Assembly: GCA_030704615.1 (NCBI GenBank)
Contig: CM060733.1
Location: 16,678,001 to 16,742,000, forward strand
Length of the DNA stretch: 64,000 nucleotides
DNA from: Takakia lepidozioides
Taxonomy: Eukaryota > Plantae > Bryophyta
Direction: 5' to 3'
Both the position numbers and the translations under genes were made by a program. The number at the start of each line of letters is the position of its first letter. Within the stretch, counting starts at the first letter, position 1. This document shows, one piece after another, positions 1-13,138 of this stretch. Under the pieces are notes generated by a model. That model was not told where the DNA came from. It saw only the letters and a list, made by a program, of their open reading frames with translations, and searched no databases.

Positions 1-64
1 TCGACTCTCCAGTAGTCCCAAGTGGTTCCCGGAGTGGTTGCGGACATGCAGTCAAATCGGAAAA

Positions 65-83
65 GACACGAATGCTTCTAATG
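65..83 (-). mobile_element. CACTA-type terminal inverted repeat (left end; element body extends off-window to the left)
   Basis: GACACGAATGCTTCTAATG (rc CATTAGAAGCATTCGTGTC) matches 21598-21616 at 18/19. Flanked by ATA (rc TAT), a 3-bp TSD. Confidence 0.8.
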
Positions 84-2470
84 ATAACACGTCCTACAGT
101 TACATCCAGGGTCATTGGAGCAGTTTGCTGCATATAAACATAGTCACTAGGGTGAAATCTCTGAACCCCATGACGATAGCCCCCACCACGTATGGTAGCA
201 TACCTCAACCACGATGTTGTGCAATGGCAAGGTTCTCGAAAGCCATGGGCATGACTTTCTTAAACAACTCCGCGCGCTGACCACATGCACGTGCCCACAC
301 GTCCGGATCGTCAAGATTGAGGACTATTGCAGCCTCCATGCGAATAGATGCAGGCAAATCTGGCTCTCGGCCAAAGAGAAAGAAATAAGGCGAGAATGAG
401 GCAAGTGATGCTTGTTTGCTGAACCTGTAGCCCATGGCTAACCAGGGTAGCTGAAGGTTCTAATCTCCAAGGTGTCCCATCTGCAAGCCATACTTGCGCA
501 AACCCGTCTTAACCGTTTGCACAACCCTCTCTGCCAAGCAATCGGCCTCAGGATGATCCGAGAAGTGGTGCGGTGGTCTATCAAGGCCTTGTCACACAAC
601 GCCTGAAACTCCCCCAAGAACTCTCTCTCTTGATCCGTGAGTACCTCAGCTGGAGCACCGAATCAGCTAAGTACACGATCCAAGAATGCATACGCAGTTC
701 CATCACTAGCCTTATCAGGCAATGTAACCAACTCGATCCACTTGGAGAAGTGCTCCACCATCATCGACACGTACTTGTTGTGGGGTATGGTCAGTGGCAA
801 CGGCCCTGCGAAGTCAAGACTCCACATGTAGGCCAATCCCATGATCGGAAGAGGGTGCAATTGTGGTGTAGGGGCGTTAAATGAAACATGCACCCTGTCA
901 CACACCATGCACTTAGCCACAAATTGTTGCACCTCTGTGTGCATACCAGGCCACCAATACTGCCCCTGCAGTAGACTATGAGTGTGTCGCACCCCAAAAA
1001 TGCCCCAACTCATGGGCATGCCGCACTAATCGTGCCCACTGTGTTGGGTGAGGCACAATCCTTACTCGACCATCCTCCCACACTCGGAGCAGGTGTGTCC
1101 CCTCCCACTTGAACCTCTTGGCTCGTTGTAGGATCTGATCCCTTTCCTTGGCAGTCACAGTGGCTGCCGTGTTTCCAGTGCGGAGATAGTCCAACACAGC
1201 TGAATTCTCATGTATATCTTTGGCGCCACCTTGCTCATTGCTGGCCTCAGGTTCCTCAGACACTCGGTCTACAGTCATCCCTGTTGTAGGTCCAACCTGG
1301 CCTTCCGCTGCCAAGATACATAGAAATGCAGATGCATGCCATCCGGGCATCATCTCCTCGTCTGTCTCACCATGCCACCGAGCTCCAGTGTCATCCTACT
1401 GGCTCGTGCATGGATTGCGACTCAACCCATCCGCATCCTGATTGACCAAACCCGGTCGATGCACAACCTGAAAGTTATACTCCTCAAGTATGAGTTCCCA
1501 CCGTGCAAGCTTCCCCGTAAGCTTGTCTGATTCCATCAACCACTTGAGTGGCTGGTGATCCGTGATAAGGGTGAAGAGATTTCCGTATAGATAGCACTTG
1601 AAGTGTGCCACGGCCCACACTGCAGCTAAGCATTCTCCCTCATATGAGCTATACTTAGTCTCTGCAGCGTTGTTCAAGCGGCTAGCATAAGCCACTACGA
1701 ACTCTCTTCCCTCATCATCCACCTGTGTGAGCACCGCTCCAAGCCCCAGCATGCTCCAGTCTGTATGCAGCTGAAAATGACGCTCCCTGATAGGTCGTCT
1801 CAAGATGGGCACCGAGGTCAACCTCGCCTTGAGCTCTTGAAAAGCTCGTTCTTGCTCATCTTCCCACTGCCACTCCTGGTCCACCTTGGTCAGCTTGGTT
1901 AGAGCCTTTGCAATGGCACTAAATACCTTGACAAACCGTCTATAATAGTTTATCAACCCCAGGAAAGCTCGAACTCGGCTCACATCCGTGGGGTGTGGAA
2001 TCTGTGCAATGGCCTCTACCTTAGTCTACTGTACATCCAATCCTCCAGGATATATCATGTGACCCAGATACTCAATCTGGTTGTGGAAAAACTTGCACTT
2101 CCCCGGATGTAACTTCAATCTGTACGCCCTCAAGCGCTCAAATACCACCTGAAGGTGTCTCTCATGCTTCTCCACCGTAGCACTAAAGATGATGATGTCA
2201 TCTATGTAGCATCGAGCAAACTCCACCCCTGCTAGAATCCTGTCCCTGACTCTCTAAAACTCTGCAGGAACGTTCTTAAGCCCAAATGGTAAGAACCGCC
2301 ACTGGTATAGGCAATCCTTCCCGTGCTCATTGATCCCCCAAAATGTCGTCTTCTGCTTATCCGCCTCCTTGATCGGCAACTGGTGATATCCAGATCGTAA
2401 ATCCAAAGTGCTAAAGACCTTGGCATGCCCAATGGCATCAAAGATCTCCTCTGGTGTTGGCATGGCATAC
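84..2470 (-). mobile_element. Ty3/Gypsy pol pseudogene (RT-RNaseH-integrase), 5'-truncated and broken at the 3' end by a CACTA insertion
   Basis: Frameshifted ORFs with RT ([23 protein letters not shown]), RNaseH (LHTDWS, YEGECLA, TDHQPL, DADGLSR) and integrase (GHF, YWWPGM, CMVC, WSLDFAGP, FSKWIE). Confidence 0.93.
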
Positions 2471-2471
2471 C

Positions 2472-3370
2472 TCTGCTGAGTCGGTCACTCCAGTCTGCTC
2501 AGAAGTGTGAGTCTGCTCAGTCCGCTCGGTTTGCTGAGTCTGGTGAGTCCGCTCAATCCGCTCGGTGTGGGCAGTCTGTTGAATGGAGTCAGTCTGCTCA
2601 GACCGTTGCGTATATGGGTTTTCACACAAGGCCGTGGTCTGTGTGCAGATTGGGTTCTCATTTTGCCGCGGCCTTGCTACGGAATGTGGCGGCCGGCCAT
2701 GCCATGGTTTAGTTTTATGAAGGCGACCCCCGGTATGAGTGCTCCATCGGGCCTTCGGACTTGAAGCCACTTGAGACGGTGGAGTCGGAGTGCACAGATA
2801 GAATGTTGGAGCTGTGGTGTCGTTTCTATGAGAGGACGGTTGAGGAGAAGTATTCAATTACCGTTGCTCTTCTGCCAGCCTCAACGGGGTCTCTTATGAT
2901 GACATACTGGGACGGGCCACGGGAAAGGCTAGTGGACAATGTGTATTCTTGCTGGAGCGTCCCTCGGCTTGGCAAAGACATAGAAGACTGCCATCATATA
3001 ATCGTTCCGATTGTGTAGGAGTAAGATCTCGCATACCCAGTCTGTTATGTCGGGCCAGTCTTTTGAATGATGTCAGTCCGTTCACACCGGCCTCTCGCTG
3101 GTTGAGTCCGTTCAGTCTGCTCAATTTGGCAAATCTGCCCAGTCTTTTGAATGAGGACAGTCTGCTCGGTCTGCCCACTCTCCTGAGTCTGCTCAATCTG
3201 CCGAGTCTGCCGAGTCTGCTCAATCTGCCGAGTCTGCTGAGTGTTGAGTCTGCTGAGTCATGAGTGTGCTGAGTCCGCTGAGTGTACTAGGACCAAGACC
3301 TAGCCTACTTGCAAGTCTGCAGAGTCTGTTGGAGAGTCAGTTGGAGTGGTCTGCTGAGAGGACTGCTGCC
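2472..3370. repeat. Degenerate short tandem array of (G)AGTCTGCT-type motifs
   Basis: Many AGTCTGCT/AGTCCGCT/CTGCCGAGT copies at 2472-2600 and 3035-3370. The second block lies in the predicted intron of the Ulp1-like gene. Confidence 0.8.
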
Positions 3371-3819
3371 GTGAGACCTATGAGAATCGTCTTGCAGGGG
3401 GCATTGGAGTGTTGTTGTCATCGACGTGCGGAAAGGCTACTACACTCACATGAACTCCATCGAGTCTTTGCATGGTTGCCCATGTTTTGTCATGGATACG
3501 GAAGCTGCATGCGGAGTGTTTAGGCTACAGTGTTGATTCACCGGGTTGGGAGGAGGTTAGGGCATTTTAGTTCAACCAGCCTGAAGTGCCCCAACAACCA
3601 TTCAGCTGGGAATGTGGGTTTTACGTCATGTCCTTCATCCAAGGATATTATGAATGGCTACAAACTGGGCATAGTCGAACCTCTTCTAAAAGGGCAGAGA
3701 GAGGAATACCTTTCACGAAAAACTGGTTTACGTTCAAGTTTGCACTTGGCCAATGGATGCAGTGTTTTAAGTACATCTTGACTGGTTTGGCCACTGCTGA
3801 GAAAGTAGTATCCTCATAG
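2761..3819 (+). pseudogene. Ulp1/C48 SUMO-protease-like gene carried by the MULE (spliced, disrupted)
   Basis: Exon ending ...HHIIVPIV then GTAAG (~3021). Intron to TGCAG at 3397. Then GHWSVVVID (His at 3402) and VPQQPFSWECGFYVMSFI (Gln/Cys). This is the H-D-Q-C motif order of peptidase C48. One frameshift and stops. Confidence 0.75.
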
Positions 3820-4784
3820 ATATCCGTCTGGGCCCGAGATTAGAGGTGCACCATAGGACGCATTTGTCATGTAAGCATGCTTTTGAGCATTTGCAACAAA
3901 ATAAAAAATGACTTTGCATACATATCCTATTGGTCGACTATGAGTGCAGTGTGGAGTACTCGCTGTAGACTTGTGACCAATTCACTGCATGTTGTTAAGT
4001 GGACTTACCCCTGCACAGTGCGAGCACACACAAACATTTTGTTTAACATACCAAGGGAGTCCACTGGTCAGCAAACAGTCGAGAGTCAGCAGACTGCCAG
4101 AGTACGCGAAGAGGGTATGCCTAGGGTGGTGAGCAGACGTTAGGAGAGGGCAATGTCGCCAGACTGACGAGTGTCCGACAGACTGAGGAGTTGGGACCAG
4201 TCCAGCAGACTGGCAGATGCAATTGGGAACCATGAGTCTGCACTGGTGAGCAGACTGTCGAGAGTCACCGGAGTGGTAGAGTACAGGCGGATGGCATTGG
4301 CCAGTACTCTACCAAGTCTGGTCAACAGAATAAGTGAGGGTCCACCGAACTCAGAATGGCGAGTCTGATGGGCAGACCGCATGAAACTCACTGGTCAGCC
4401 GGGTGCAGGCACGTTCAGAACCAGGAGACTGGTCTGCTCAAGAGATTGTGTACTCCGCACCCTGCATACTTTGTTTTCCTGGTGATGGACAAGTCAGAGT
4501 GTTTACAAGCCTATGACCACAATGGTTCGAAGGCTGGCACAGCAGACTGTTCGAAGACTGAGCAAAAGCCTGGTACAACAGACTAGTTCAGACGCCATAA
4601 GGCTGGTTGAGCAGACTGGTTCAGACGGTAGAAGACTAGTTGAGCATTCTAGTTCAGATGCCAGAAGACTGGTTCAACAGACTGGTTGGCAGACAGGTTG
4701 GAAGTCTTGTGCACATGCAATCGTACTGCCGAAATTTAATTTCATCGGGAGAATGATAGTGTAGCATTTCCTACATTTTTTACT

Positions 4785-7370
4785 CTACTTTACAACTGGT
4801 ATACGGTCTGCAACCCTCCGGATTGTGGAGTATATGTGTGCTGCAGGTGTTGGGGCACCAACCCTCTTCCTTGTTTTGCGTAAGACTCTGGGTCGCATTT
4901 TCCATGCCTCAACGAAATCCCGTTTCCTTTTCAGCGACATATTGTTGTTGTCATTTATAGGGCGGAAGCTCTTTGCTGCCGCAGGGTGCAACATCCCTGC
5001 AACACTCTTGGCAAGAATATCAACAAGTTGCCCCCTATAGATACGAAGAGAAGACAACACATGTTTCTCCAGGTATTTGTCGTCACCAACAATGCGAAGT
5101 ATGTCTGCAAATTCTTCGTCCATGGAGGATGGTATGAGGACAGGCTCCGCATCATAGGGGAAGTCATCTGTGGAAGGGTCCTCTGTTGCATTTCCCAAAC
5201 CCTCTTCGTCGCCGCCACTTGCATGAACCCTAAACACATTATGCAATCCTCCATGAATGGTTCCCAACACCGTGCCACAAGCGCGCACTATGAGTCCATC
5301 TTGCAAGTGTGGATGAAGCAACTTCAGGACTCGGACTTGATGCTTGTACAAATTGCCCTCATTGCCCATGGGCAAGTGCAAGAAGCCCATTCGCATCTGG
5401 GGTTGTAAGCAATGTAAATTGTGTTTGGGTGATTGGTGCTTAGAACATAGGCTGGTTGCCCAAGATGGAACGGAAGAGTGACATTGCAAGCTGGGATGTC
5501 GCGTGCCACAAGCACAGAACTGGACATGTACTTCTCCTGTTTGTCATTCCTTATGAATCCGTGCATCTTCAGGTGAATTGCATACCAGCAGTGTGTTAGC
5601 ACACGGCCTGTGAGTTCCCATGTGAGCCAATCCACTCTACGCCCAGTCATTTTGCCTTTCCCCATCCTCAGTCTTGCCTTCAAGTTTCTATGGTATGCCT
5701 CAATGCTAGCGTTTGTGTCTTGACTGGCATGCGGAACATGGCGAGCTGCTGTACACCACATTGCTATTTTATGATGCCATTCCTTATCGATGTAGTCCAG
5801 AAATTTATGCCCATTCGGATATTTTCTCATGCCTCGGAGCATTGTTGCTACCCACGCAAGACCTTCTTTGGGATTGCTTGGTCCACCTCTACAGTACATG
5901 AGGTCTCCCATATCTTTTAGCAAGTTTGCGGCAGTGATAGGATCTTTGGTTTTCGCGCATGATTGCTTCACCCAAGCCCGCCGGACATGCCAAAGACACA
6001 AGAAAATGAGCACTCCTCGGAAACCTGCAAAGTACACATGCCCACATGAGAGACTTCAAAGAAGACTTCGCCGGTGGACTTGGGCACTAACCCAGTAGAC
6101 TCTCTGGTGGACTGGTCTGCCCGTCTGTTCCAGTGGACTTGCCCAACGGATTCAGCCAGCAGACTCGCCCACTCTGACCTGCCATGAGTGTTGCCCTCAT
6201 GAGACCGCCAGCAGACCTGACCACGCTTACCTCGTAGCGGACTTGCGTAAGTGAGTCTTGCAACGGACTTGGCCAGAGGGCATTCCGAGTGGACTGGGTT
6301 GCCAGCAGACTTCCGAACAGTCCCCTCCGGCGGACTCGCCTGCCAGCGGACTTGCTGGACCAGACTGAGCTCGCAGCAGACTGGCGCACGTGAGTCTTAC
6401 AGCGGACTGCTTGCAAACAGTCCTCTCCGGCAGACTGGCCTGCCAGCGGACTTGCCCTTAGGAGACCGACAGCAGACTTACCCAGACTTTGCTGGCAGCA
6501 CACCCGAGCAGACTGACCTTGCAGCATACTTACGCAAGTGAGTCTTCCAGCGGACTTCGCTAGAGGACATTATCAGTGGACTGGTTTGCCAGCAGACTTG
6601 CAGAAAGGAATGGGCCAGCAGCCAGGACTGCGTTGTATGGCAGGGGACTTGCCAAAGAGACAGACAATGGACGCACGCAGCGGACTTGTACGCAAGTGTA
6701 CATGAAACTTACGTAATGACATTTATTGCGGCGTCGGCATCGTCCACAATGAAGGCATTGGGTCGCCTCCCGACACGGGGAGGTAGTGACAATACATAAC
6801 AATACTGGGCTTTTACAAGTCCGGTAATTGGAATGAGTGCGAGGAGTGAGTCCCGCAAGGCTGCCATCACGGCACCAGGTCTGTTGTCCGCTCACGCGCA
6901 CATATGATGTACGCAACTGGTATACCGTTAAGCCACTCGTCGAAGACCATCAACGTGTACAATGGGAACTGTTCAAATGCAGAATGTCAGATGCTGCCAG
7001 TGTACGTACATCCACTAGTTCTGCAAGCGGATAAATTGTGAAAGGGATGAAGAGTACCTTGTGGTGATTTGTCCCGAAGGTTGCATCGCATGCAACGATA
7101 CGGGCATGGTCTAATTTAACATTCGCTTCTTCTGCCACTCAGTCTGTACGCCGATTGTGAATGTTAAGTTGCCATCGTAGTGCTTGAATGTTGACGCCAA
7201 TTTCTCTTCTTGATAGAAGAAGACCGATTTCGGGTTCTAGTCTTTCCACATGCAACACTCTCCGCATCGTTGGCATGTTTTTTGAACGTTTGCCACGCCC
7301 GTTTCTCGGCCAGGTTGCGCACATCCTGCTCCAACAAAAAACCGTCTCGTGTCCATGCATCCCCCAACCC
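4785..7370 (-). mobile_element. Mutator-like (MULE) DDE transposase with SWIM finger, spliced, 5'-truncated pseudogene
   Basis: IVACDATFGTN (D1); FPLYTLMVFDEWLNGIPVAY; PNAFIVDDADA (D2); CLWHVRRAW (CxxH); TNASIEAYHRNLK (E); ASCTCPW... SWIM. GT-AG introns at ~7057-6973 and ~6712-6027. Confidence 0.88.
6060..6700. repeat. CAGCAGACT/CAGCGGACTT motif array in the MULE transposase intron
   Basis: Dense repeats of (GC)CAGCAGACT and CAGCGGACTTG. Same core as the reverse complement of the 2472-3370 motif. A similar array lies at 4060-4700. Confidence 0.8.
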
Positions 7371-10300
7371 GGTGTTGTTCACCGAGGTCCAAGCCCGGAA
7401 ACCTTGGACTAGAGTGGGTTCAAGGAATTGATGAAGAGACAGTTTGTGCCCCTCAACGCGTCCTGGCTTGCCCGGGACAAGATGAGGAATTTGAAGCAAA
7501 CAGATGACATTCGGGGGTATGTCCAGGCTTTCAATGTGCTGTTGCTTGAAGTCGCGGACATGGCAGAACCAGAAATGGTCTTCAACTTTGTGGCGGGACT
7601 GGCCCCATGGGCCAGGCGGAAGTTGGAGGAGAAGCCACCCAAGACTTTGAACAAGACAATTGAGAGGGCTGAATGTTTCTCAGATGTCCCTAGGGGTGAG
7701 AGACAAGGCCGTACGGAGCTGAACCACAAGAAGACCCGGCGGGAAGGTGACTCCTTCCGACCGGAAAAGAAGTGGGATAGGCCACGCGGCGACTATGGCA
7801 TGTGGAAATCGAAGGGAGGGCCTTCACACGTCAAGGCGGCATCGGTGCTTCGAAAGGAAAAGCGGGTGGAGCGGCTTATGGCGGACAGAAGGCGACCTTT
7901 GATGGAGTGTGTTTCAATTGCGGGGAGCCCGGGCACATGGCCAAGAAGTGCACAAAACCTCGACAATTGAACATGACTCAGGCAACCACGGAGCTGTCGG
8001 AAGATACCATCAGTCGCTTGGTGGAAGCGGTGGTCGCCAGGACTTGCAAGGTAGGCAACTATTCTTGTGAGTTGTATCAGGAAACTGGCGCCCTCCGTAA
8101 AGGGAGTCAGTTATTGTTCGTGGATGGGATAATATCCGGAACTAATGTGTCATTGTTGGTGGACACAGGAGCGTCGCACTCCTTCATGACACCGGCGGCG
8201 GCGCGAAAGTTGGGACTCCCAACAAGTGACGTGGGGGCCTCTATTGAGGTGCGTTCTGCCAAAGGAGAACCACAGTTGGCGACAAGGTTGGCGTTTGATG
8301 TTCCTCTTCAACTGGGGAGTTGGGAGGGACGTGAGAACTTCACCATCTGCGAGATCGATGGAGTGGATCTCATTTTGGGGATGACCTTTTTGAGCAAATC
8401 CGGAGCGGTCATAGATGGCCGCAAGAGAGTAGTCACGCTGCCATGTGGGAATGGTGGCGAGGTTTTACGAGTGTCGGAAACGCCCAAATCCGTGGGAGGG
8501 CGAATAAACCTTCTGTCAGCAAAGGAGTGGGCTGTGGAAGAGGCACACGAGCCCCAGTTTTTGCTTTACATTAGAGAAGTGAAGGGAGAAGGCGATGGGG
8601 AGCCGAGCCTAGATTGGATCAAGGGGATCTTGGAGAAATACCAGGATGTGATGCCGGAGGATTTACCAAGCGGCCTGCCACCGCGAAGAGGAGTTGACCA
8701 CAAGATTGAGGTGATACCGGGATCGGAACCGCCTGCCAAGGCACCCTACCGGTTGAGCCACAGGGAGTTGGTCGAGCTGAAGACTCAGCTCAAGGATCTA
8801 ATGTCAAAAGGGTACATCCGGCCGAGTAAGTCACCTTACGGAGCCCCGGTGCTATTCGCAGACAAGAAGGATGGGACGCTGCGGATGTGTGTCGATTACA
8901 GGGCTTTGAATAAAATGACTATTAAAAACCGGTACCCTTTGCCAAGGATCGACGACCTTTTCGACCGGTTGGCAGGAGCGAAGTATTTCAGCCGGATCGA
9001 CTTGCGCTCCGGCTATCATCAAATTCGGGTGGCGGAAGGAGATGAGGAAAAGACCGCGTGCAGGACAAGGTATGGTTCATATGAGTTCTTGGTGATGCCT
9101 TTTGGGCTCACTAATGCACCGGCGACCTTTAGCACGCTGATGAACAGCCTTTTTCAGGAGTGGTTGGATGACTTTGTGATCGTGTACATCGACGACATCT
9201 TGGTGTACTCGAAAACAAAGGAGGAACACCTGGAGCACCTCAAAAGGGTGTTCCAAAAGTTGCGGGAAGGGAAGCTGTACGCCAAAGCTTCAAAATGCGA
9301 ATTCGGGGTCACGAAAGTGGAGTTCTTGGGGCATGTGATTACACAGGATGGGATCAAAATGGATGACAGAAAGGTGAGGGCGATCTTGGACTGGGAGCCT
9401 CCGACTTCGGTCCCGGGAGTGCGATCCTTCCTAGGACTCGCCTCCTATTACCGGAAGTATGTGAGAAATTTCGCCAAGATCGCGGGGCCGCTGTCGGACC
9501 TTCTGTGTAAATCCAAAGTCCGGGTATGGAACACATTTTGTGGCCAAGCTTTTGCTGAATTGAAGCAGCGGATGGCGGAAGCTCCAGTCTTGAAAATCCC
9601 GGAGTTCGATCGTCCATTTGAGATTCATACAGATGCGTCGGACTTCGCGATTGGGGGTGTACTTATGCAAAATGAACGTCCAGTGGCTTACGAAAGTAAG
9701 AAACTGAATGAAGTGGAGCGACGGTGGCCGACGCACGAAAAAGAGATGAAGGCGGTGGTGCACTGTCTTGAGCTTTGGCGCCACTATGTTGGTTCCAACC
9801 CAGTGAAGGTGTTCACGGACAATGTCACGGTGAAGTATTTTGCCACGCAGCCCAAGTTGTCCCCAAAACAACTTAGGTGGCAAGATACTTTGGCGGTGTT
9901 CGACGTGGATATCCAGTACAAACCGGGACGAGACAACGTGGTGGCCGATGCTTTAAGTAGAAAGCAGCAGCTCTTGTTGGTGTACAAGGGCGAGACGGCG
10001 CTCCAAAGGAAGATCCGGAAGGCTTACCAGAAGGATGAGCTGGCGAAGTCCGTGATGCAGGACTTAAGGATGGGGGTTAAATCGCAATTCCACTTGCAAA
10101 ATGGACTGCTCCGGTATAAGCAAAAGCGTCTCTACGTGCCGAAGGGAGGGATCAGAGACAGCCTCTTGAGAGAATGCCATGATAGCCCGCTTGCGGGCCA
10201 CGGCGGAGCCAAGCGCACTGCGGCACTCCTGAAGAAAGAGTATTTCTGGCCCAAACTGAGGGAGGAGGCAGAGGAGTATGTCAAGACATGCACCACATGC

Positions 10301-11452
10301 TAACAAAACCGGAGCGAGTACAAAAAGCAAGCGGGGCTGTTACAACCCTTGCCGATTCCAGAGGGGACTTGGGAAAACATCTCGATGGATTTCATGACTG
10401 CTATGCCGCTGTCAAAAGGATTCGATGCAATCATGGTGGTGGTGGATAGGTTCAGTAAAATGGGCCATTTCATCCCCACCAAGGAGACGGCAACGGCGCA
10501 GGAGACAGGGCGACTTTACTTCGCCCACGTCTTAAAGCATCATGGAGTCCCGAAGGATATTGTCTCGGATCGCGATCCAAAGTTTACGAGTAAATTTTGG
10601 AGGACACTTTGGAAGAAGATGGGGACGAGGCTGAAGATGAGCACCGCCTTCCGACCTACGACGGACGGCCAAACGGAAAGAGCGAATTCCGTAGTGAAGC
10701 AATTCTTGCGGAATTACGTGTCGGCAAACCAATCAGACTGGATGGAACACTTAGACGCGGCAGAGTTCTGTTATAATAACACAGAATACTCCGCAACGGG
10801 AGTTTCCCCTTTCGTATTGGTCTATGGAAAAGCACCTTTGGTGCCGACAAGTTGGGCCGCCCAGGACGTTGAGGAACCGGCAGTAGCGGCGGTACTGGAA
10901 GAACGCGAGCGTTTGTTGAAGCTCGCAAAGTACAATATTGCCAAAGCTAGGAAACGGTATGAAAGGTAGGCGAATCGGAAGCGGAGGGAAGTGAAGTTTG
11001 AGGCAGGCACAAAGGTCTGGTTGAACATCAAGAATTTCCGACTACCTCCGGAAGTGAGTCCGAAGTTCGTACCTCCGTATGCGGGACCCTTTCGCATTCG
11101 GAAGGTTATGAATGAGGATGTGTATGAATTGGAGCTGCCGGCAAACAGCAAGGTGCACCCAGTATTCCATGTCTCCCTTTTGAAGCCTTACTTCAAAGAT
11201 GAAGCGCGTCCGAATCGGCATCAAGTGTTGCGTCCGCCACCTATGCTGTTGGATCATGAAAATGAACCTGAGTACGAGGTGGAGGCAATACTTAAGTCGA
11301 GGAGGTTTAGGAACCGAGAAACGGAGTATCTCGTCAAATGGAAGGGCTATCATCATGTGGAGGCATCTTGGGTGCGTGCCTCAGAAATAGGAAACGCATC
11401 CGAGGCGGTTGCAGCTTTCGAAGGGCGACCTCAAAAGCGGAAGAAGCGTTGA
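7371..11452 (+). mobile_element. Ty3/Gypsy chromovirus (Tcn1-like) gag-pol, lacking 5' LTR and gag N-terminus
   Basis: Gag (FKELMKRQFVP, zinc knuckle [14 protein letters not shown]), protease ([10 protein letters not shown]), RT (YIDDILVYS), RNaseH, integrase ([26 protein letters not shown]) and chromodomain (EYEVEAILKSR..YLVKWKGY..ASW). One frameshift near 7800 and in-frame stops at 10301 and 10967. Confidence 0.95.
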
Positions 11453-11469
11453 TGGGGACATCAACCTTG

Positions 11470-11486
11470 GAGCGTGGGGGAGGAAA
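11470..11486 (+). other. Polypurine tract of the chromovirus
   Basis: GAGCGTGGGGGAGGAAA shortly after the pol stop, followed by TG. Confidence 0.7.
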
Positions 11487-13138
11487 TGCATGCTTAGCCC
11501 GGCTTAGCTAGCTTAGGAATCCGATTGCAAAAACTTGTATTGTACAAAACGTGCTATAAATGAAATGGATTCCAAATGTTGTGCGTCCTATTTTGTTTGG
11601 AATGATGATGCATGGTATGGTTGGCTAGTGTGTAGAATGCATGCTAGCTTATAAAAGTGGGAGAGGTAAATTGGGTTAATCGTGTGTTTGCGTAGTGCCG
11701 AAATCGGGTGACCCCCATCCAAGGGGCAAGGAAACTTGCGCCTTCTTTGGGAGTTCACGTGCTAGTGCGCACCTGGCGCGTGCGCGTACTATAACTGCGC
11801 TACCGAAGGGGTTGCCTTGTAGTGCGGGCTAACGCGGAAGCTACGTGCTTCCGTTCACATACTATAATCGTGTAGCCCCGGGACGAAGTCGTAGTGCGGC
11901 TTCGGCGTGTTCCCGTACCTCAGGCCAGCATTCCAAGGCGGACCCAATTGTAGTGATTGGGACGCACGGTTGGTTCAAGGTTATCTTCCTAGTCAAAGAG
12001 GGTTCCAGGGAACCCTTGCTCAAGGTGATGCCAAAAGCGGCATCATGAGCGGTCGCAAGCAATGTTGTTGCAGTAAGGCAATTCGATCCTCGGGGAGGAT
12101 CGTTACTTGGCCTTGAAGTAGGCCAAGAAGAGTGCACTGGGAGGAGCTTGAGAGGCTCCACCCTTGGCCGGGACTTGGAGGAAGTCGGCCGAACTAGCTA
12201 GTGGAGAGTAGAGTCAAGTGTGGGGTTTGGTTCTTTGCCATGGGACGCCATGGTGCGGAAACAAACTCCTTGATGTGGGACGCCACAACTTGGATGTTCG
12301 TTTCTACAAAATGGACAAGTCGATGAGGACATCGACTCCCTGTTGGTAGGGGTGTGTGTCGCGGCCCTTTGCCTTGAGGGCAAGGGGGGTCGGGACACAA
12401 GAGGGGCTGCCCCTGTGGTGGGGGCAGTAGCAGCGATAGGTACGGGGGCTGAAGCACCCTTGAGTGCCCAAGGCACTCAAGGAGGCGGAGGCGCTCACTA
12501 GGTGGAGCCCCGCACACCGGGTTGCGGTGGGGGTGGCTCCACAAGGGGTGGTGGTAGCTTAGCGGGACTTAGTGGGGGTGGCATAGGACTCACCATGGGG
12601 TGGAGACCTCGAGGTGGGAGTCGTGGGGAGTCTTGGGACTCATCACGGTCCATTGGGGCCGCGGTGAGTGGGCCAAGACTCACCACGACTCACCACCGGG
12701 AATCGAGGGTCTTCGTGGTGGTTCGCCATAAAATGGCATGGCTGGTTGTGAAACCCCCGCGGACAGCTACATAAGTATATATAGGGAGTAGTAACCCTGA
12801 GAACGGTGCAAGCCCGTTGGTGACCAAAAACTAGTGAGTAAGCGAGCGAGCCGGAAAGCGACCAAAGAGTGGGGAGCTGTTCCGGACTGCCAACTACCAA
12901 AGGGAATTCCCGCTGGTTCCAAATCGGTGGAGGGTTCTTTGGGAGAACAAAGGGGGACCGTTATGCCCCGGTGAGCAGCCGAAGCTCCAAGTTGGCCCGG
13001 CGGCCAGGTTGGGAGTCAGGCGCGCGCATCAAAGCGAGTAACTATGACTTGAGGGGGAGCTTACCGGAGGGAGGTGCGCGACACATGGCATCCTTGAAAG
13101 CCCAAGGGCTCGGGCACGTGCCACTTCTCTTTCCCACA
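11487..13138 (+). repeat. Putative 3' LTR of the chromovirus (right boundary uncertain)
   Basis: Starts TG after the PPT. Candidate end TTCCCACA at 13138. No second copy in the window to confirm it. Confidence 0.45.

Noticed and set aside
7802-7970. Programmed gag-pol frameshift
   Set aside because: The shift falls inside gag, before the zinc knuckle, with no clear slippery site. It is more likely a mutation.
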